NCBI GenBank assembly: GCA_052390035.1
Contig: JBQTHI010000044.1
Coordinates: 6,797-70,796 of the forward strand
Reading direction: 5' to 3'
Source of the DNA: Actinomycetota bacterium
GTDB taxonomy: Bacteria; Actinomycetota; Acidimicrobiia; Spongiisociales; ZC4RG35
Length of the DNA: 64,000 nucleotides
The notes under the pieces were generated by a model. That model ran no database searches and was not told the origin of the DNA. It saw only the letters and a program-made list of their open reading frames with translations. The first letter of the stretch is position 1. Every line of letters starts with the position of its first letter. Both the position numbers and the translations under genes were made by a program. Positions 10,802 through 20,666 of the stretch are shown in pieces.

Positions 10802-12535
10802 ATGTCACGGTCCTTTGGAGGCCTTAGGGCCACCAGATGGACGGCGAGCACCACATTGCTCATGTCGATTGGTCTGCTCCTGGTGCTCGGGGTGGCCAAA
10901 CCGGCCGTGGCACAGGAGGTCGATCCCTATCAGACCGACCCGCTCGACCTGATCGCCCTCCGCGACGAAACCCGAACATACTCCACAGGGACCGACATAT
11001 GGGAGGTCTGGATTTGCGACGTTCCGGATGGCTCGGTGGCGGTGACTTCCGGCCAGGCTTCAGCCGTCTTCGCCGGGTCGATCACCCCGTATTTTGAAGC
11101 CATCTCCGGCGGCATCTATTCGCCCCGATTCGTGGCGGGCGGCACGGTGACGGCTACGTCACAATCCGGCTGGCCGGCCAATCCATTTCTCACTCAGCCC
11201 GAATGTGAACAGCTGGTGGCCGCCCGGGCGGGAGGAGCGGGGGTGGATGGGGTGATGATCGTCACCGATGCCGCTTACACCGGCGGCTACGCCACCGCCG
11301 GTTTCGCTTGCTTGATCGGCGAGCAATGTCCGGCGTTTTACCCGGGTAACTACCGCCTGGCCGTGTTGGGGGGTGGAGTGGCGGTCCCGCTCGGTGGCCG
11401 CCCGGCGGCCCTTCGGACCGTCGCCCATGAGATCGGACACGCCCTCTTCTGGCCCCACTCGTTCGGTGGTCTGGTCAACTTCGAGAACGGGATCGTGTAT
11501 GAGTACGACAACCCGATGGACGTGATGAGCGGCGGGGAAGGCGAGGTCCTCGACCTGGGTACGGTGGCTATCAACCGCTATGCCGCCGGCTGGATCGGCT
11601 CGGAGGGAGTCATCTTCCACCGTGGTGGTTCTCTCACCTACCACGTCACCGTGGGCTCCGGCATCCAACTGCTGATTCTGCCCACCGAGCAGGTAGGTGT
11701 GTATGAGACCATCGGTGCCAGGCTGCGCTTCGGCTACGACTCGGGGATCCCGGTGGAGGGAGTCGAGGTTTATCACATCGATCAAAGCCCCTCGGTCTGT
11801 GGCTTTCCCGCCGGCCAATGTTTTGGACCGGACCGAAGGACCATACAGGTACCGGCGCTGGCCGAACCCGCCGGGACCGGTCACGTCCACCAGGCCGGCT
11901 CCACCTTCAGCGTCCGTGGGGTGACCATCACCGTCGGCCCTTCAACCGGCACCGGGTTCACCTTGATCGTTACCGGAGATACAGTCGCGGAGCGTTTCGT
12001 CGACGACGACGGAAACATCCACGAAGCCAGCATCGAGGCGATCGCCGATCGAGGCATCACTCGCGGCTGCAACCCGCCGCTGGTCGACCACTTCTGCCCG
12101 GCACAAGATGTGAGCCGGGCCGAGATGGCCGCCTTTTTGATCACTGCGATCGGGGAAACGCCCGCCCCCACCTTTGAGGGCCTCTTTTCCGACGTGCCGG
12201 CGGGCGCTTGGTATACACCTTACGTCGAGCGGCTCCGCCAGCTAGGCATCACCTCCGGGAACGCCGACGGGACCTATGCCCCAAACCGGCAGGTGACACG
12301 GGCCGAGATGGCGGTTTTCCTTGCTCGCGCCTTCGCCCTCCCGATCTCGGCTCCGGGAACGACATTTAGCGACGTGACTTCATCCGATTGGTACGCCGCG
12401 GCGGTCGAGGCGATCCGGGCGGCAGGTATCACCGCCGGGTGTTCGACGAATCCTCCCCGTTACTGCCCGATTCAACCGGTTAAGCGCGACCAGATGGCGA
12501 CCTTTCTCACTCGGGCCTTGCACCTGATCCCGTAG
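10802..12535 (+). CDS. secreted zinc metalloprotease (HExxHxxxxxH) with three C-terminal SLH domains
   Basis: It has a signal peptide, the TVAHEIGHALFWPHSF motif, and three about 55-aa SLH-type repeats (FSDV...W...AEMA.FL.RA). The start is ambiguous: TTG 10796, ATG 10802 or ATG 10862. Confidence 0.7.
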   Translation: MSRSFGGLRATRWTASTTLLMSIGLLLVLGVAKPAVAQEVDPYQTDPLDLIALRDETRTYSTGTDIWEVWICDVPDGSVAVTSGQASAVFAGSITPYFEAISGGIYSPRFVAGGTVTATSQSGWPANPFLTQPECEQLVAARAGGAGVDGVMIVTDAAYTGGYATAGFACLIGEQCPAFYPGNYRLAVLGGGVAVPLGGRPAALRTVAHEIGHALFWPHSFGGLVNFENGIVYEYDNPMDVMSGGEGEVLDLGTVAINRYAAGWIGSEGVIFHRGGSLTYHVTVGSGIQLLILPTEQVGVYETIGARLRFGYDSGIPVEGVEVYHIDQSPSVCGFPAGQCFGPDRRTIQVPALAEPAGTGHVHQAGSTFSVRGVTITVGPSTGTGFTLIVTGDTVAERFVDDDGNIHEASIEAIADRGITRGCNPPLVDHFCPAQDVSRAEMAAFLITAIGETPAPTFEGLFSDVPAGAWYTPYVERLRQLGITSGNADGTYAPNRQVTRAEMAVFLARAFALPISAPGTTFSDVTSSDWYAAAVEAIRAAGITAGCSTNPPRYCPIQPVKRDQMATFLTRALHLIP

Positions 12536-12553
12536 TCGATTGGCCACCACGGG

Positions 12554-12584
12554 GGGCCGGAAGAGCCCGGTTAGCCTCCGGCCC
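12554..12584 (+). terminator. GC-rich hairpin after metalloprotease gene
   Basis: An 8-bp stem GGGCCGGA/TCCGGCCC lies 20 nt after the stop. There is no clear U-tract. Confidence 0.3.
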
Positions 12585-12604
12585 GGTCCGGACAAGGAGA
12601 ACCG

Positions 12605-13513
12605 ATGAGCGACATCACATTCGATGGACGGGTGGCGATCATCACCGGAGCGGGTGGAGGTCTCGGACGCATCTATGCGCTTTCCCTGGCTCGCCGCGGT
12701 GCCCGAGTGGTGATCAACGATCTAGGCGGGTCGGTCGACGGCAGCGGCGCCGACCGACGGGCAGCCGACCGGGTCGCAGAAGAGATCCGAGAGGCGGGCG
12801 GGGAGGCGGTCGCCAACTACGAGTCGGTGGCGTCTCCCGATGGAGGCGAAGCAATAGTCAGGGCCGCTCTCGAGGCTTTTGGCACGGTTGACATTGTGGT
12901 GAGCAACGCTGGGATCCTGCGTGATCGCAGCTTTGCCAACCTGACGGTGGACGATTTGGACGGGGTGGTGTCCACTCACCTCCTCGGAGGGTTCTACGTG
13001 GCTATGCCAGCCTTCAAGGTGATGAAAGAGAAGGGCTATGGCCGATTCGTCTTCGCCTCGTCCAACGCCGGCATATTCGGCAATTTTGGGCAGACCAACT
13101 ATGGGGCGGCCAAGGCCGGATTGGTCGGGCTATCCAACGTACTCGCCATCGAAGGAGCCAAATACGGCATCGCATCCAACGTGATCGCACCGGTGGCCCG
13201 CACCCGGATGACCGAAGAACTCCTGGGACCAATGGCTGACCTCGTCTCGCCGGAACAGGTGGCACCCATGGTTGTCTACCTGTGCTCGGAGGCCAACCCC
13301 TACACCCATGAAATATTCACGGCAGGCGGGGGACGATTTGCAAGGATCTTCATCGGAACCAACCCTGGTTGGTTCGCCGGTCTCCGGACTGTCCCCTCGG
13401 TGGAGGAGGTCGCCGCCCACATCGACGACATTCGCGACCTGGCCCGCTATGAGATTCCGATGAGTTCCAACGAAGAGATCTCCATCATCGGCCGATCGCT
13501 AAGCACCGCCTGA
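12605..13513 (+). CDS. SDR-family 3-hydroxyacyl-CoA dehydrogenase (MFE-2 N-terminal-type)
   Basis: The RBS AAGGAGA precedes the start. Motifs are GAGGGLG and YGAAK. The stop overlaps the next start (TGATG). Confidence 0.75.
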   Translation: MSDITFDGRVAIITGAGGGLGRIYALSLARRGARVVINDLGGSVDGSGADRRAADRVAEEIREAGGEAVANYESVASPDGGEAIVRAALEAFGTVDIVVSNAGILRDRSFANLTVDDLDGVVSTHLLGGFYVAMPAFKVMKEKGYGRFVFASSNAGIFGNFGQTNYGAAKAGLVGLSNVLAIEGAKYGIASNVIAPVARTRMTEELLGPMADLVSPEQVAPMVVYLCSEANPYTHEIFTAGGGRFARIFIGTNPGWFAGLRTVPSVEEVAAHIDDIRDLARYEIPMSSNEEISIIGRSLSTA

Positions 13514-14382
13514 TGCCGATCGATCTTGCCAAGGTGCTCGGGTCCGAACTGCCCGTAGTGACCACCTCCTGGGATCAAGATCGAATCATCCTGTATCACC
13601 TCGGGTTGGGGGCCGGAAACCCTCCTACGGACCCCGACGAGTTGAACTTTTGCTACGAAGGGGCAGGTCTCAAGGTCCTCCCCACCTTCGCCACCATCCC
13701 TGCCATGGCTTCGGTCCTCAACTTTGTCACGCTTCCCGGTGTGGATGTCAACCCGGCTTTGCTCCTCCACGGTGAGCACCAGGTCGAGCTACACCGCACC
13801 ATCCCATTGCAGGCGACCGTAATAAACCGATCCGTGGTCGAAGCCGTATATGACAAGGGCAGCGGGGCGTTGGCGGTCGTGGCGACCACCACCTCCGACA
13901 GCAGCGGGCCGATCTTCACCAACCGGGCAGGATTGTTCCTTCGAGGAGAAGGCGGATTTGGAGGGGAACCCGGCCCGTCTACGCCTCCCGGGCCGCCGGA
14001 TCGGACCCCGGACATCGTCGTCAATTCGACCACGCTTCCCCAACAAGCCCTTATCTATCGATTGAGCGGAGACAAGAACCCCCTTCACGCCGATCCGGCT
14101 TTTGCCGCCATGGGTGGTTTTGGGAGGCCAATCCTCCACGGGCTCTGCTCGTTTGGCGTGATCTGCAAGGCAGCTGTCGGCCGAGCGGCGGGTGGGTCGG
14201 TGGACTCGGTGGTTGGTTTCCGTGGTCGTTTCACCGGCCCAGTGCTGCCCGGGGAGACCATCACCACCTCGATGTGGATCGACGGCCTCACCGTCCACCT
14301 CACCGCTGCGGTCGAAGACCGAGAATCCGTCGTCCTTTCCAATGGGATCATGCAGCTCGGTGAGCGGCGACCGGGCCGATAG
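13513..14382 (+). CDS. MaoC-like double-hotdog enoyl-CoA hydratase 2
   Basis: The hotdog motif NPLHADPAFA...GFGRPILHG is present. It is coupled to the upstream SDR. Confidence 0.75.
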   Translation: MPIDLAKVLGSELPVVTTSWDQDRIILYHLGLGAGNPPTDPDELNFCYEGAGLKVLPTFATIPAMASVLNFVTLPGVDVNPALLLHGEHQVELHRTIPLQATVINRSVVEAVYDKGSGALAVVATTTSDSSGPIFTNRAGLFLRGEGGFGGEPGPSTPPGPPDRTPDIVVNSTTLPQQALIYRLSGDKNPLHADPAFAAMGGFGRPILHGLCSFGVICKAAVGRAAGGSVDSVVGFRGRFTGPVLPGETITTSMWIDGLTVHLTAAVEDRESVVLSNGIMQLGERRPGR

Positions 14383-14393
14383 GCTGATCCGTC

Positions 14394-15617
14394 ATGGAAG
14401 CAACGGAACGTCGCGGCCCCTCCCACGTCGGGCGGTCGACCCAGGAGAAGCTGGTCGATGATGCCATCGACCGACTCCTCGACCAGCATCCACCGGTGAG
14501 CACCACCGAACGCCATTTCTGGGGCGCTCAATTCGACGCCGGGCTCGCCTGGGTCCATTTTCCGGAAGGACACGGCGGGTTGGGCCTGGCCCCGGGCCAC
14601 CAAAGGCATGTCGATGAGCGACTGACGACCGCCGGGGCGAGCAGAACCAACGTGCTGCGCAATGTCATCGGATATGGGATGGGCGGTCCAACGGTGCTGG
14701 CCCACGGCACCGAAGATCAAAAACGGCGCTGGCTTCGCCCGCTCTTTACCGGCGAAGAGATCTGGTGTCAGGGATTCTCTGAGCCGGGAGCCGGTTCAGA
14801 TGTCGCCGGTCTGGCCACCAGAGCCGTACGCGACGGCGACGAGTGGATCATCAACGGCCAGAAGGTGTGGACCACGCTGGCGCATACGGCTCGCTGGGTG
14901 ATGTTGGTGGCGCGGACCGATCCCGACCTTCCTAAACACCAGGGGCTCACCTATTTCGTCGTCGACATGCATCAACCGGGCGTCGAGGTCCGTCCCCTTC
15001 GCCAGATCACCGGCGAAGCCGAGTTCAACGAGATCTACTTCACCGATGCCAGAGCGTCTGACTCGGTCCGGTTAGGGGCGGTCGGCGAAGGATGGCGAGT
15101 TGCCCTCACCACCCTGATGAATGAGCGGGTGGCGATCGGTCTGACTGCCGTTCCGAGGGGTGGCGGGGTGATCGCAGACTCCGTGGCCGTCTGGAAGGAG
15201 AAGGGCCTCATCGACGCCTACGCGCTGGACGAGTTGATGAAACTGTGGGTGGAGGCCGAAGCGGTGCGGTTGACGTCGATGCGGGCGAGCCAACTCCTCC
15301 AGTCAGGAACTCCCGGACCGGAGGGCTCAACCTCGAAGCTGCATTGGGCGGACCTCAACAAGCGGATCACATCCTTCACTGTCGACCTGATGGGGGCGGA
15401 GGGAATGTTGATTCCCGGCGGGTATCCCAATGTCCGCCCCGATGGCGCCGGATCCTCGCGAATGGCCATGCAACGCGGCTTTCTACGGGCGCGGGCCAAC
15501 TCGATCGAAGGGGGCACCTCGGAGATCATGAAGAACATCCTGGGGGAGAGGGTGTTGGGCCTCCCGGGCGAGCCCCGGGTAGACAAAGACCTTCCTTGGA
15601 ACGAGGTTCGTCGCTAG
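14394..15617 (+). CDS. fadE: acyl-CoA dehydrogenase
   Basis: 407 aa with ACAD N-terminal, middle and C-terminal signatures. Confidence 0.8.
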   Translation: MEATERRGPSHVGRSTQEKLVDDAIDRLLDQHPPVSTTERHFWGAQFDAGLAWVHFPEGHGGLGLAPGHQRHVDERLTTAGASRTNVLRNVIGYGMGGPTVLAHGTEDQKRRWLRPLFTGEEIWCQGFSEPGAGSDVAGLATRAVRDGDEWIINGQKVWTTLAHTARWVMLVARTDPDLPKHQGLTYFVVDMHQPGVEVRPLRQITGEAEFNEIYFTDARASDSVRLGAVGEGWRVALTTLMNERVAIGLTAVPRGGGVIADSVAVWKEKGLIDAYALDELMKLWVEAEAVRLTSMRASQLLQSGTPGPEGSTSKLHWADLNKRITSFTVDLMGAEGMLIPGGYPNVRPDGAGSSRMAMQRGFLRARANSIEGGTSEIMKNILGERVLGLPGEPRVDKDLPWNEVRR

Positions 15618-15634
15618 CTCATGCGGTTATGAGC
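15617..15634. terminator. bidirectional hairpin spanning both stop codons of convergent genes
   Basis: The hairpin is GCTCAT-gcggtt-ATGAGC. It overlaps the fadE TAG and the L,D-transpeptidase TGA. Confidence 0.3.
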
Positions 15635-16428
15635 ACTGGGACACCGAGATCGACCATGTCTGCCAAAAGGGCGATCATCTCGTTGTCGACCCTTACACAG
15701 CCGAGCGACACCGCCTGCCCGAGCTTGTGAGGACGGTTGGTGCCGTGGATGCCGATGATTCCATCCCCGCCATTGAATTCGGTGATGGTTTCAGAGCGGG
15801 CCGACAGTCCCAGGGCGAAGGGGCCCCAGGGGCCATCGGCGTCCTTCAACTCGATGACATCGGTGACGTAAAAGAGGCCGGTCGGGGTGGGGTTCGAAGT
15901 TGAACCGACGGCGACGGGAGTCGTAAGAACCTGGCGGCCATCGGCGGCGAATCGGAGGGTGCGGTCGCTCAGATCGACATGGATCTTTTGGTCGACCACC
16001 CGGAGTTCGAACTGCTCGACCCGCGCCCACCCCGTGGCCTGGTTGGGGCGACCGGGAAGAGCCAGCTTTACCCAGCCGTCGATCGGCCCGGCTGCTACCA
16101 AGAAGACGGTAGGGGTTCCAAGGATGGTGGTGGCCTCCACTGTTCGGCCGGGGAGAGGTGCGCCGGGGGCGGGATAGATGGCGACATCCGCCGCTGCCGA
16201 AGCCACCAGACTCTCGTGATCGGCCTGGGATGGCATGACACCGGTGGTAATCGGGTTGGTGGGGGTGGGTAGGGCCGGCTCCGCCGAGATCGGTTCGGCA
16301 AGCCGTGAGTGGGTGGGCACCGGATCGGATTCGGCCGCCTTCTGATCAGTGACCTGAGGCGGTCCGGCCACGCAGGCGGCTAGTAAGACGCCGGTGACCG
16401 CAATTCTCGCCCGGTACACCCCCTCCAA
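15619..16428 (-). CDS. L,D-transpeptidase lipoprotein (YkuD domain)
   Basis: The lipobox is VLLAAC. The catalytic motif IGIHGTN...SLGCVRV is present. Confidence 0.75.
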   Translation of the reverse strand: MEGVYRARIAVTGVLLAACVAGPPQVTDQKAAESDPVPTHSRLAEPISAEPALPTPTNPITTGVMPSQADHESLVASAAADVAIYPAPGAPLPGRTVEATTILGTPTVFLVAAGPIDGWVKLALPGRPNQATGWARVEQFELRVVDQKIHVDLSDRTLRFAADGRQVLTTPVAVGSTSNPTPTGLFYVTDVIELKDADGPWGPFALGLSARSETITEFNGGDGIIGIHGTNRPHKLGQAVSLGCVRVDNEMIALLADMVDLGVPVLITA

Positions 16429-16476
16429 GCTAGCCGCTCCCGTTCTAGCCTCCCGTCATGTCGCTCTCTCCCTGCC

Positions 16477-17457
16477 ATGGTCGATTACGTTGTAACCGGA
16501 CCCCTGCCTGAGGAGGCGATGGCGGCCCTACCCCCCGGAGGGCGTTGGCAAACGCCGGGGCCGATCCCGATGGAACGGGACGATCTGCTCACCCGGATGG
16601 GAACGGCCCGCGGATTGCTCTGCTTTCTCGTGGACCTGATCGATTTGGAACTTCTCGATGCGGCACCAGCACTTGAGGCGATATCCCAGGTTTCGGTGGG
16701 TGTCGACAACATCGATGTGGCGGCGTGTACGGCGCGGGGCATTCCGGTCGGACACACCCCCGACGTCTTGACCGAGACCACCGCCGACACTGCGCTGGCG
16801 CTCCTGCTGGCGGTGATCCGGCGGCTTCCCGAAGGCCAGGCTCTGGTACGCGAGGGAAGATGGGGACGTTGGAGCCTCGACCTGCTGACCGGAAGCGACC
16901 TTCATCACTCAACCGTGGGGATCGTCGGACTGGGGAGGATCGGTTTGGCGGTCGCCTCACGTCTTAGCGGGTTCAGCTGCCGGCTCCTCTACACCGGGCC
17001 TCGCCGTCGGCCGCACCTGGAAGCCGAGTGGCGCATCGGATTTCGTTCCTTGGAGGAGCTCCTAACCGAATCAGATCACGTCATCCTCGCCGCTCCCCTT
17101 AATGAGGAAACCCGCTCGTTGATCGACCGCAGAGCCCTGGCCCTGATGAAGCCCACAGCCACCCTGATCAACATCGCCCGCGGCGGGCTGGTCGACACCG
17201 CCGCTCTGGCTGAGGCCCTGCAGAGTGGCATCATCGCCCGGGCGGGCCTGGACGTGACCGACCCCGAGCCCCTTCCCGCCGACCATCCGCTGGTGGCTTT
17301 GCCGAACTGTCTCATCATCCCCCATCTGGGGTCTGCCAGCGAGAGCACCCGGGCCCAGATGGCAACGCGGGCGGCGTTCAATCTCGCCGCCGGGCTGGAG
17401 GGTCGAAGGATGAGCTGGTGCGTCAATCCGGAGGTCTATGACCAGGTCGGTGACTGA
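16477..17457 (+). CDS. D-isomer-specific 2-hydroxyacid dehydrogenase (glyoxylate/hydroxypyruvate reductase-like)
   Basis: The NAD-binding motif GIVGLGRIGLAVA and the catalytic R/E/H region are present. Confidence 0.75.
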   Translation: MVDYVVTGPLPEEAMAALPPGGRWQTPGPIPMERDDLLTRMGTARGLLCFLVDLIDLELLDAAPALEAISQVSVGVDNIDVAACTARGIPVGHTPDVLTETTADTALALLLAVIRRLPEGQALVREGRWGRWSLDLLTGSDLHHSTVGIVGLGRIGLAVASRLSGFSCRLLYTGPRRRPHLEAEWRIGFRSLEELLTESDHVILAAPLNEETRSLIDRRALALMKPTATLINIARGGLVDTAALAEALQSGIIARAGLDVTDPEPLPADHPLVALPNCLIIPHLGSASESTRAQMATRAAFNLAAGLEGRRMSWCVNPEVYDQVGD

Positions 17458-17483
17458 CAGCTGTAGTGCCGTTTAACCGGCGG

Positions 17484-17918
17484 TTATTCGGGTTGGTCGG
17501 CCCTGCCGCTTGAACTCTTGGCGCCAACTCGATCGGCGAGCGGGGCGAGGGTATGGAGAATCAGGAGGCCTACGCCGGTCGCGGTAATGGCAAGCGCCAG
17601 CAGGCCCAGACCGCTGGCGACCCCAATCGCCGCCACCGTCCACAAGCCGGCCGCGGTGGTAAGACCGCGTACGTGGTCACCCGACCGGAAGATAGCCCCC
17701 GCGCCCAGAAACCCGATGCCGGACACGACCTGGGCGGCGACGCGGGTGGGATCCGTGCCCAGTGCCTCACCGACCATCGCAAAGAGCGCCGAGCCAAGTC
17801 CGACCAGCATGTGCGTCCGCAAACCGGCGCTGCGGTGACGGGCCTCCCGTTCCAGACCGATCAAAGCCGATAGCCCGGCGGCCAGGACCAACAGTCCTAT
17901 CTGACGAATCAGGCTCAT
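17484..17918 (-). CDS. MgtC/SapB family membrane protein
   Basis: 144 aa with 4 TM segments. The N-terminal LIGLERE motif is MgtC-like. Confidence 0.65.
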   Translation of the reverse strand: MSLIRQIGLLVLAAGLSALIGLEREARHRSAGLRTHMLVGLGSALFAMVGEALGTDPTRVAAQVVSGIGFLGAGAIFRSGDHVRGLTTAAGLWTVAAIGVASGLGLLALAITATGVGLLILHTLAPLADRVGAKSSSGRADQPE

Positions 17919-17947
17919 CTGTCCACGCTAACGCGATTGGAGTCGGA

Positions 17948-18652
17948 TCAACGAGGTTGGGGATGATGAAGGCCGAGCAGAACGCCGGCGGCGACTTCGA
18001 TGACGGCGACGTCGGCCGTGAAGGTATTCGACAGGCCTCTGGAGCTACCGGCCGGCAGGGTTTCGCCATCGAGGGGCCAGCGCACCCCATAGGCATTGAC
18101 TCCGGTGGCTCGACCCCCGTAGGGGAGGAGGGTGAGCAGGTCGCCCGGTCGTCCGACAATTTCCCGCCTACCTCTGATCACGTGAGCTTCGGTGGCTCCG
18201 ACCAGCCAGGTGATGGCGTAACGGGCGAACCGGGGGCTGGCGAGAACGGCGGCATTGACGAGGAGGTGATCGAGACGCCCGCCCCCACCGCCGATGACCA
18301 GCACGATGTCCGGTTCCTTTAGGGAGGCGGCGAGGAGAGCAAGCTCGAGATCGGAGCTGTCCTTGTCAGGCGGATGCCGCTCGATGGCGAGCCCGGGGCG
18401 AGCAGATACCAATTCGGAGGGTATCGAGTCGAGATCTCCAACCAGCAGGTCGACGTTTACGCCCATCCGGTCGGCGTGGACGAGCCCGGAGTCGGCTGCG
18501 ATTACAAACGCCGGCTCTTTTGGGAGTGAAAGGGCCGGCGGAGCGTCGCCTCCGGCAAACACCAGCACCACACGGGAGCCCGCGTCGGGTGGGCCGGTTG
18601 CGGTTGCGCCGCTCTCGGTCATATGACGGGCTGGTCGGGTGCCGAATGACAA
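17948..18652 (-). CDS. thiamine pyrophosphokinase
   Basis: The motifs LVGDLDS and GGGGGRLDH are present. The start may be the internal Met at MTESGATA. Confidence 0.6.
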   Translation of the reverse strand: MSFGTRPARHMTESGATATGPPDAGSRVVLVFAGGDAPPALSLPKEPAFVIAADSGLVHADRMGVNVDLLVGDLDSIPSELVSARPGLAIERHPPDKDSSDLELALLAASLKEPDIVLVIGGGGGRLDHLLVNAAVLASPRFARYAITWLVGATEAHVIRGRREIVGRPGDLLTLLPYGGRATGVNAYGVRWPLDGETLPAGSSRGLSNTFTADVAVIEVAAGVLLGLHHPQPR

Positions 18653-18658
18653 AATCGT

Positions 18659-18682
18659 CTTACCCGCGTCAGCGCGGGTAAG
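18659..18682 (-). terminator. intrinsic terminator-like hairpin downstream of S9 peptidase gene
   Basis: A perfect 10-bp stem CTTACCCGCG-tcag-CGCGGGTAAG lies 5 nt after the stop. A U-rich tract (AUUUUGUCAUU) follows on the minus strand. Confidence 0.45.
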
Positions 18683-18686
18683 GCCT

Positions 18687-20654
18687 TTAGTTCAAGTAGA
18701 GGTTGAGCCATTGGAGGACCTGGTCGTACCAATGGAGCGAAGCCTGCGGACTCAGGATCCAGTGGTTCTCATCCGGGTAATAGACCAGCTTGGCGGGTAC
18801 CCCTTTCGCCTTGAGAACCCCGTAAATCTCCAATCCCTGAGTGGCCGGCACGCGATAGTCGCGCTCGCCATGGATCACCAGGGTGGGGGTGCTGTACCCC
18901 GCCGACTGTGACGAGGGGCTGTAGCGCTCGACGGTGGCCCGGTCCTCGAAGATCTCGGCTCCGTAGGCGAGCGGCCGGCCCGAGGTGAGGTCGGAGGCGT
19001 ACATACCCCCAAAATTGGTTACCCCGGCATGGACGATGGCGCATGTATACCGGCCGGTCTGACTCGTCACGAAAGCAGCCAGGTACCCGCCGTATGAGCC
19101 GCCTGCTACCGCCATTCGAGTCTCATCAACCAGCCCCCGGCCGATGAGAAGATCGGTGGCGGCCTCGATATCTCTATACGGCTTATCGCCCCACGCCCCC
19201 TGGATCGAAGCGGTGAAGGCTTGTCCGAAGGAGGTGGATCCGTGAAAGTTGACCATCGCCACCAAATACCCGGCCGCGGCAAATGTGTGGGCGTGCCAGC
19301 GCCATTGCCAACCGTCGGCAGTAATGCCATGCGGACCGCCGTGGATGAGGTGTACGAGGGGTGCTGGCCCCGACTCAGGATGGGGAGGATGCAGCAAGAA
19401 CATCTGGACTGGGGCCTGATCCGCTCCGGTGAAGACAACGTCCTCCACCTCTCCCCATTCGATTCCCTCAAGCAGGGGACGGGCGAAGGAGGTGTAGGGC
19501 TCGATCGACCCGTCATCACCGAGGGTGGCGATCTCGGGAGCCTCACCAAAGCTGTGGTGAGCAAAAGAGACAATCCCCTCCTCGTCCACCACCGGCGAGC
19601 CCAGGGTTCCACCAGTCGTCAGCAAGCTCGGTTGGATGTCGTCCTCGCCAAGCCGGAACAGGCCGGTGCGTCCTCCGTTCTCGGCCAGAAAGATCAATCT
19701 GCCCCGAGGGTCAAAGGTCCAGGAGTCGGCGGAGTGATCCCAGGTTTCCGTGAGAATTCGCTGCAGCCCGCTTTGCCGGTTGTGGATCACCAGACGGACC
19801 CGGTCGCCGTAGAAACCCGGCACAAGCTGCTGGCCGAAGGCGATCTCGGAGCCATCCGGCGAATAGCGGGGACGCCGCGAGTGGGAGGTGGCGTCGGGAG
19901 TCAGCTCCTTCTCGGCGCCCGTTGCCAGATCGAGTTCGAAGACGGAATGGCGGAGTTGGCGGTGGGGTGGGCTCGACGCGTCGGCCGAATACGCCAATCG
20001 GGTCCCGTCCGGGGAGATGTCGAAGTCATCCCAAGGATCGTCGGTATTCGGCCAGGACCACCATCGAACGGAGGTAGGGGTCAGATCTTCGAGCTGGCCA
20101 GAGGCCGGTTCCAAGCGGAATAGATGGGGCACCTCACCGGTGGTGAGCCACGTGTCCCAATACCGGAAGGTGGCGTCCTCGGAAACATGCACCGTGAACT
20201 TTTCCTCGGCACGACGGGAGAGCTCGGCCGCCGTCGCCTCCAAAGTGAGGTGTCCTTTCAGAACGTAGGCCAGGACGATTAGCGCCGATCCATGGGGGGT
20301 CCACCGCGACCCGAGCACACCAAGCGGCAGCGACGTGAGCAGGTTGGGGGTAGGGCTCTCTTCGGTGACGTCGATGAGATAGACCTGCTTTTTTTTCTCA
20401 TCACCTGCTGAGGCGATGAAGGCGAGCTGGCTTCCTCTCACCGTGGGCTTGGCTGCGTCGAGCTCGGGCGGGGTCAAGGGCCGAGACTTGTGATCGGGCT
20501 GGGCCAACCACAATTGTCCGCTACCCCGGTTGGCGGCCACGTCGAAGGTGGTGACGGTCACCACGACGCCACCTCCTCCGGGCAGGGGCACGGGCGATCC
20601 GACTCTCGGCAAGCGCCACAGGTCGGCCGGGGAGATGGGCCGGGTGGTTGACAC
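18687..20654 (-). CDS. S9 family serine peptidase (prolyl oligopeptidase/acylaminoacyl peptidase) with N-terminal beta-propeller
   Basis: The active-site motif GGSYGGYL (GxSxG) is present. The catalytic domain is C-terminal and the N-terminus has PD40/TolB-like repeats. Confidence 0.8.
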   Translation of the reverse strand: MSTTRPISPADLWRLPRVGSPVPLPGGGGVVVTVTTFDVAANRGSGQLWLAQPDHKSRPLTPPELDAAKPTVRGSQLAFIASAGDEKKKQVYLIDVTEESPTPNLLTSLPLGVLGSRWTPHGSALIVLAYVLKGHLTLEATAAELSRRAEEKFTVHVSEDATFRYWDTWLTTGEVPHLFRLEPASGQLEDLTPTSVRWWSWPNTDDPWDDFDISPDGTRLAYSADASSPPHRQLRHSVFELDLATGAEKELTPDATSHSRRPRYSPDGSEIAFGQQLVPGFYGDRVRLVIHNRQSGLQRILTETWDHSADSWTFDPRGRLIFLAENGGRTGLFRLGEDDIQPSLLTTGGTLGSPVVDEEGIVSFAHHSFGEAPEIATLGDDGSIEPYTSFARPLLEGIEWGEVEDVVFTGADQAPVQMFLLHPPHPESGPAPLVHLIHGGPHGITADGWQWRWHAHTFAAAGYLVAMVNFHGSTSFGQAFTASIQGAWGDKPYRDIEAATDLLIGRGLVDETRMAVAGGSYGGYLAAFVTSQTGRYTCAIVHAGVTNFGGMYASDLTSGRPLAYGAEIFEDRATVERYSPSSQSAGYSTPTLVIHGERDYRVPATQGLEIYGVLKAKGVPAKLVYYPDENHWILSPQASLHWYDQVLQWLNLYLN

Positions 20655-20666
20655 TGGGGTGCGACC

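Noticed and set aside
20390-20397. T8/A8 homopolymer inside the S9 peptidase gene.
   Set aside because: It encodes an in-frame Glu-Lys-Lys-Lys. The frame is intact and the tract is too short to argue for phase variation without population data.
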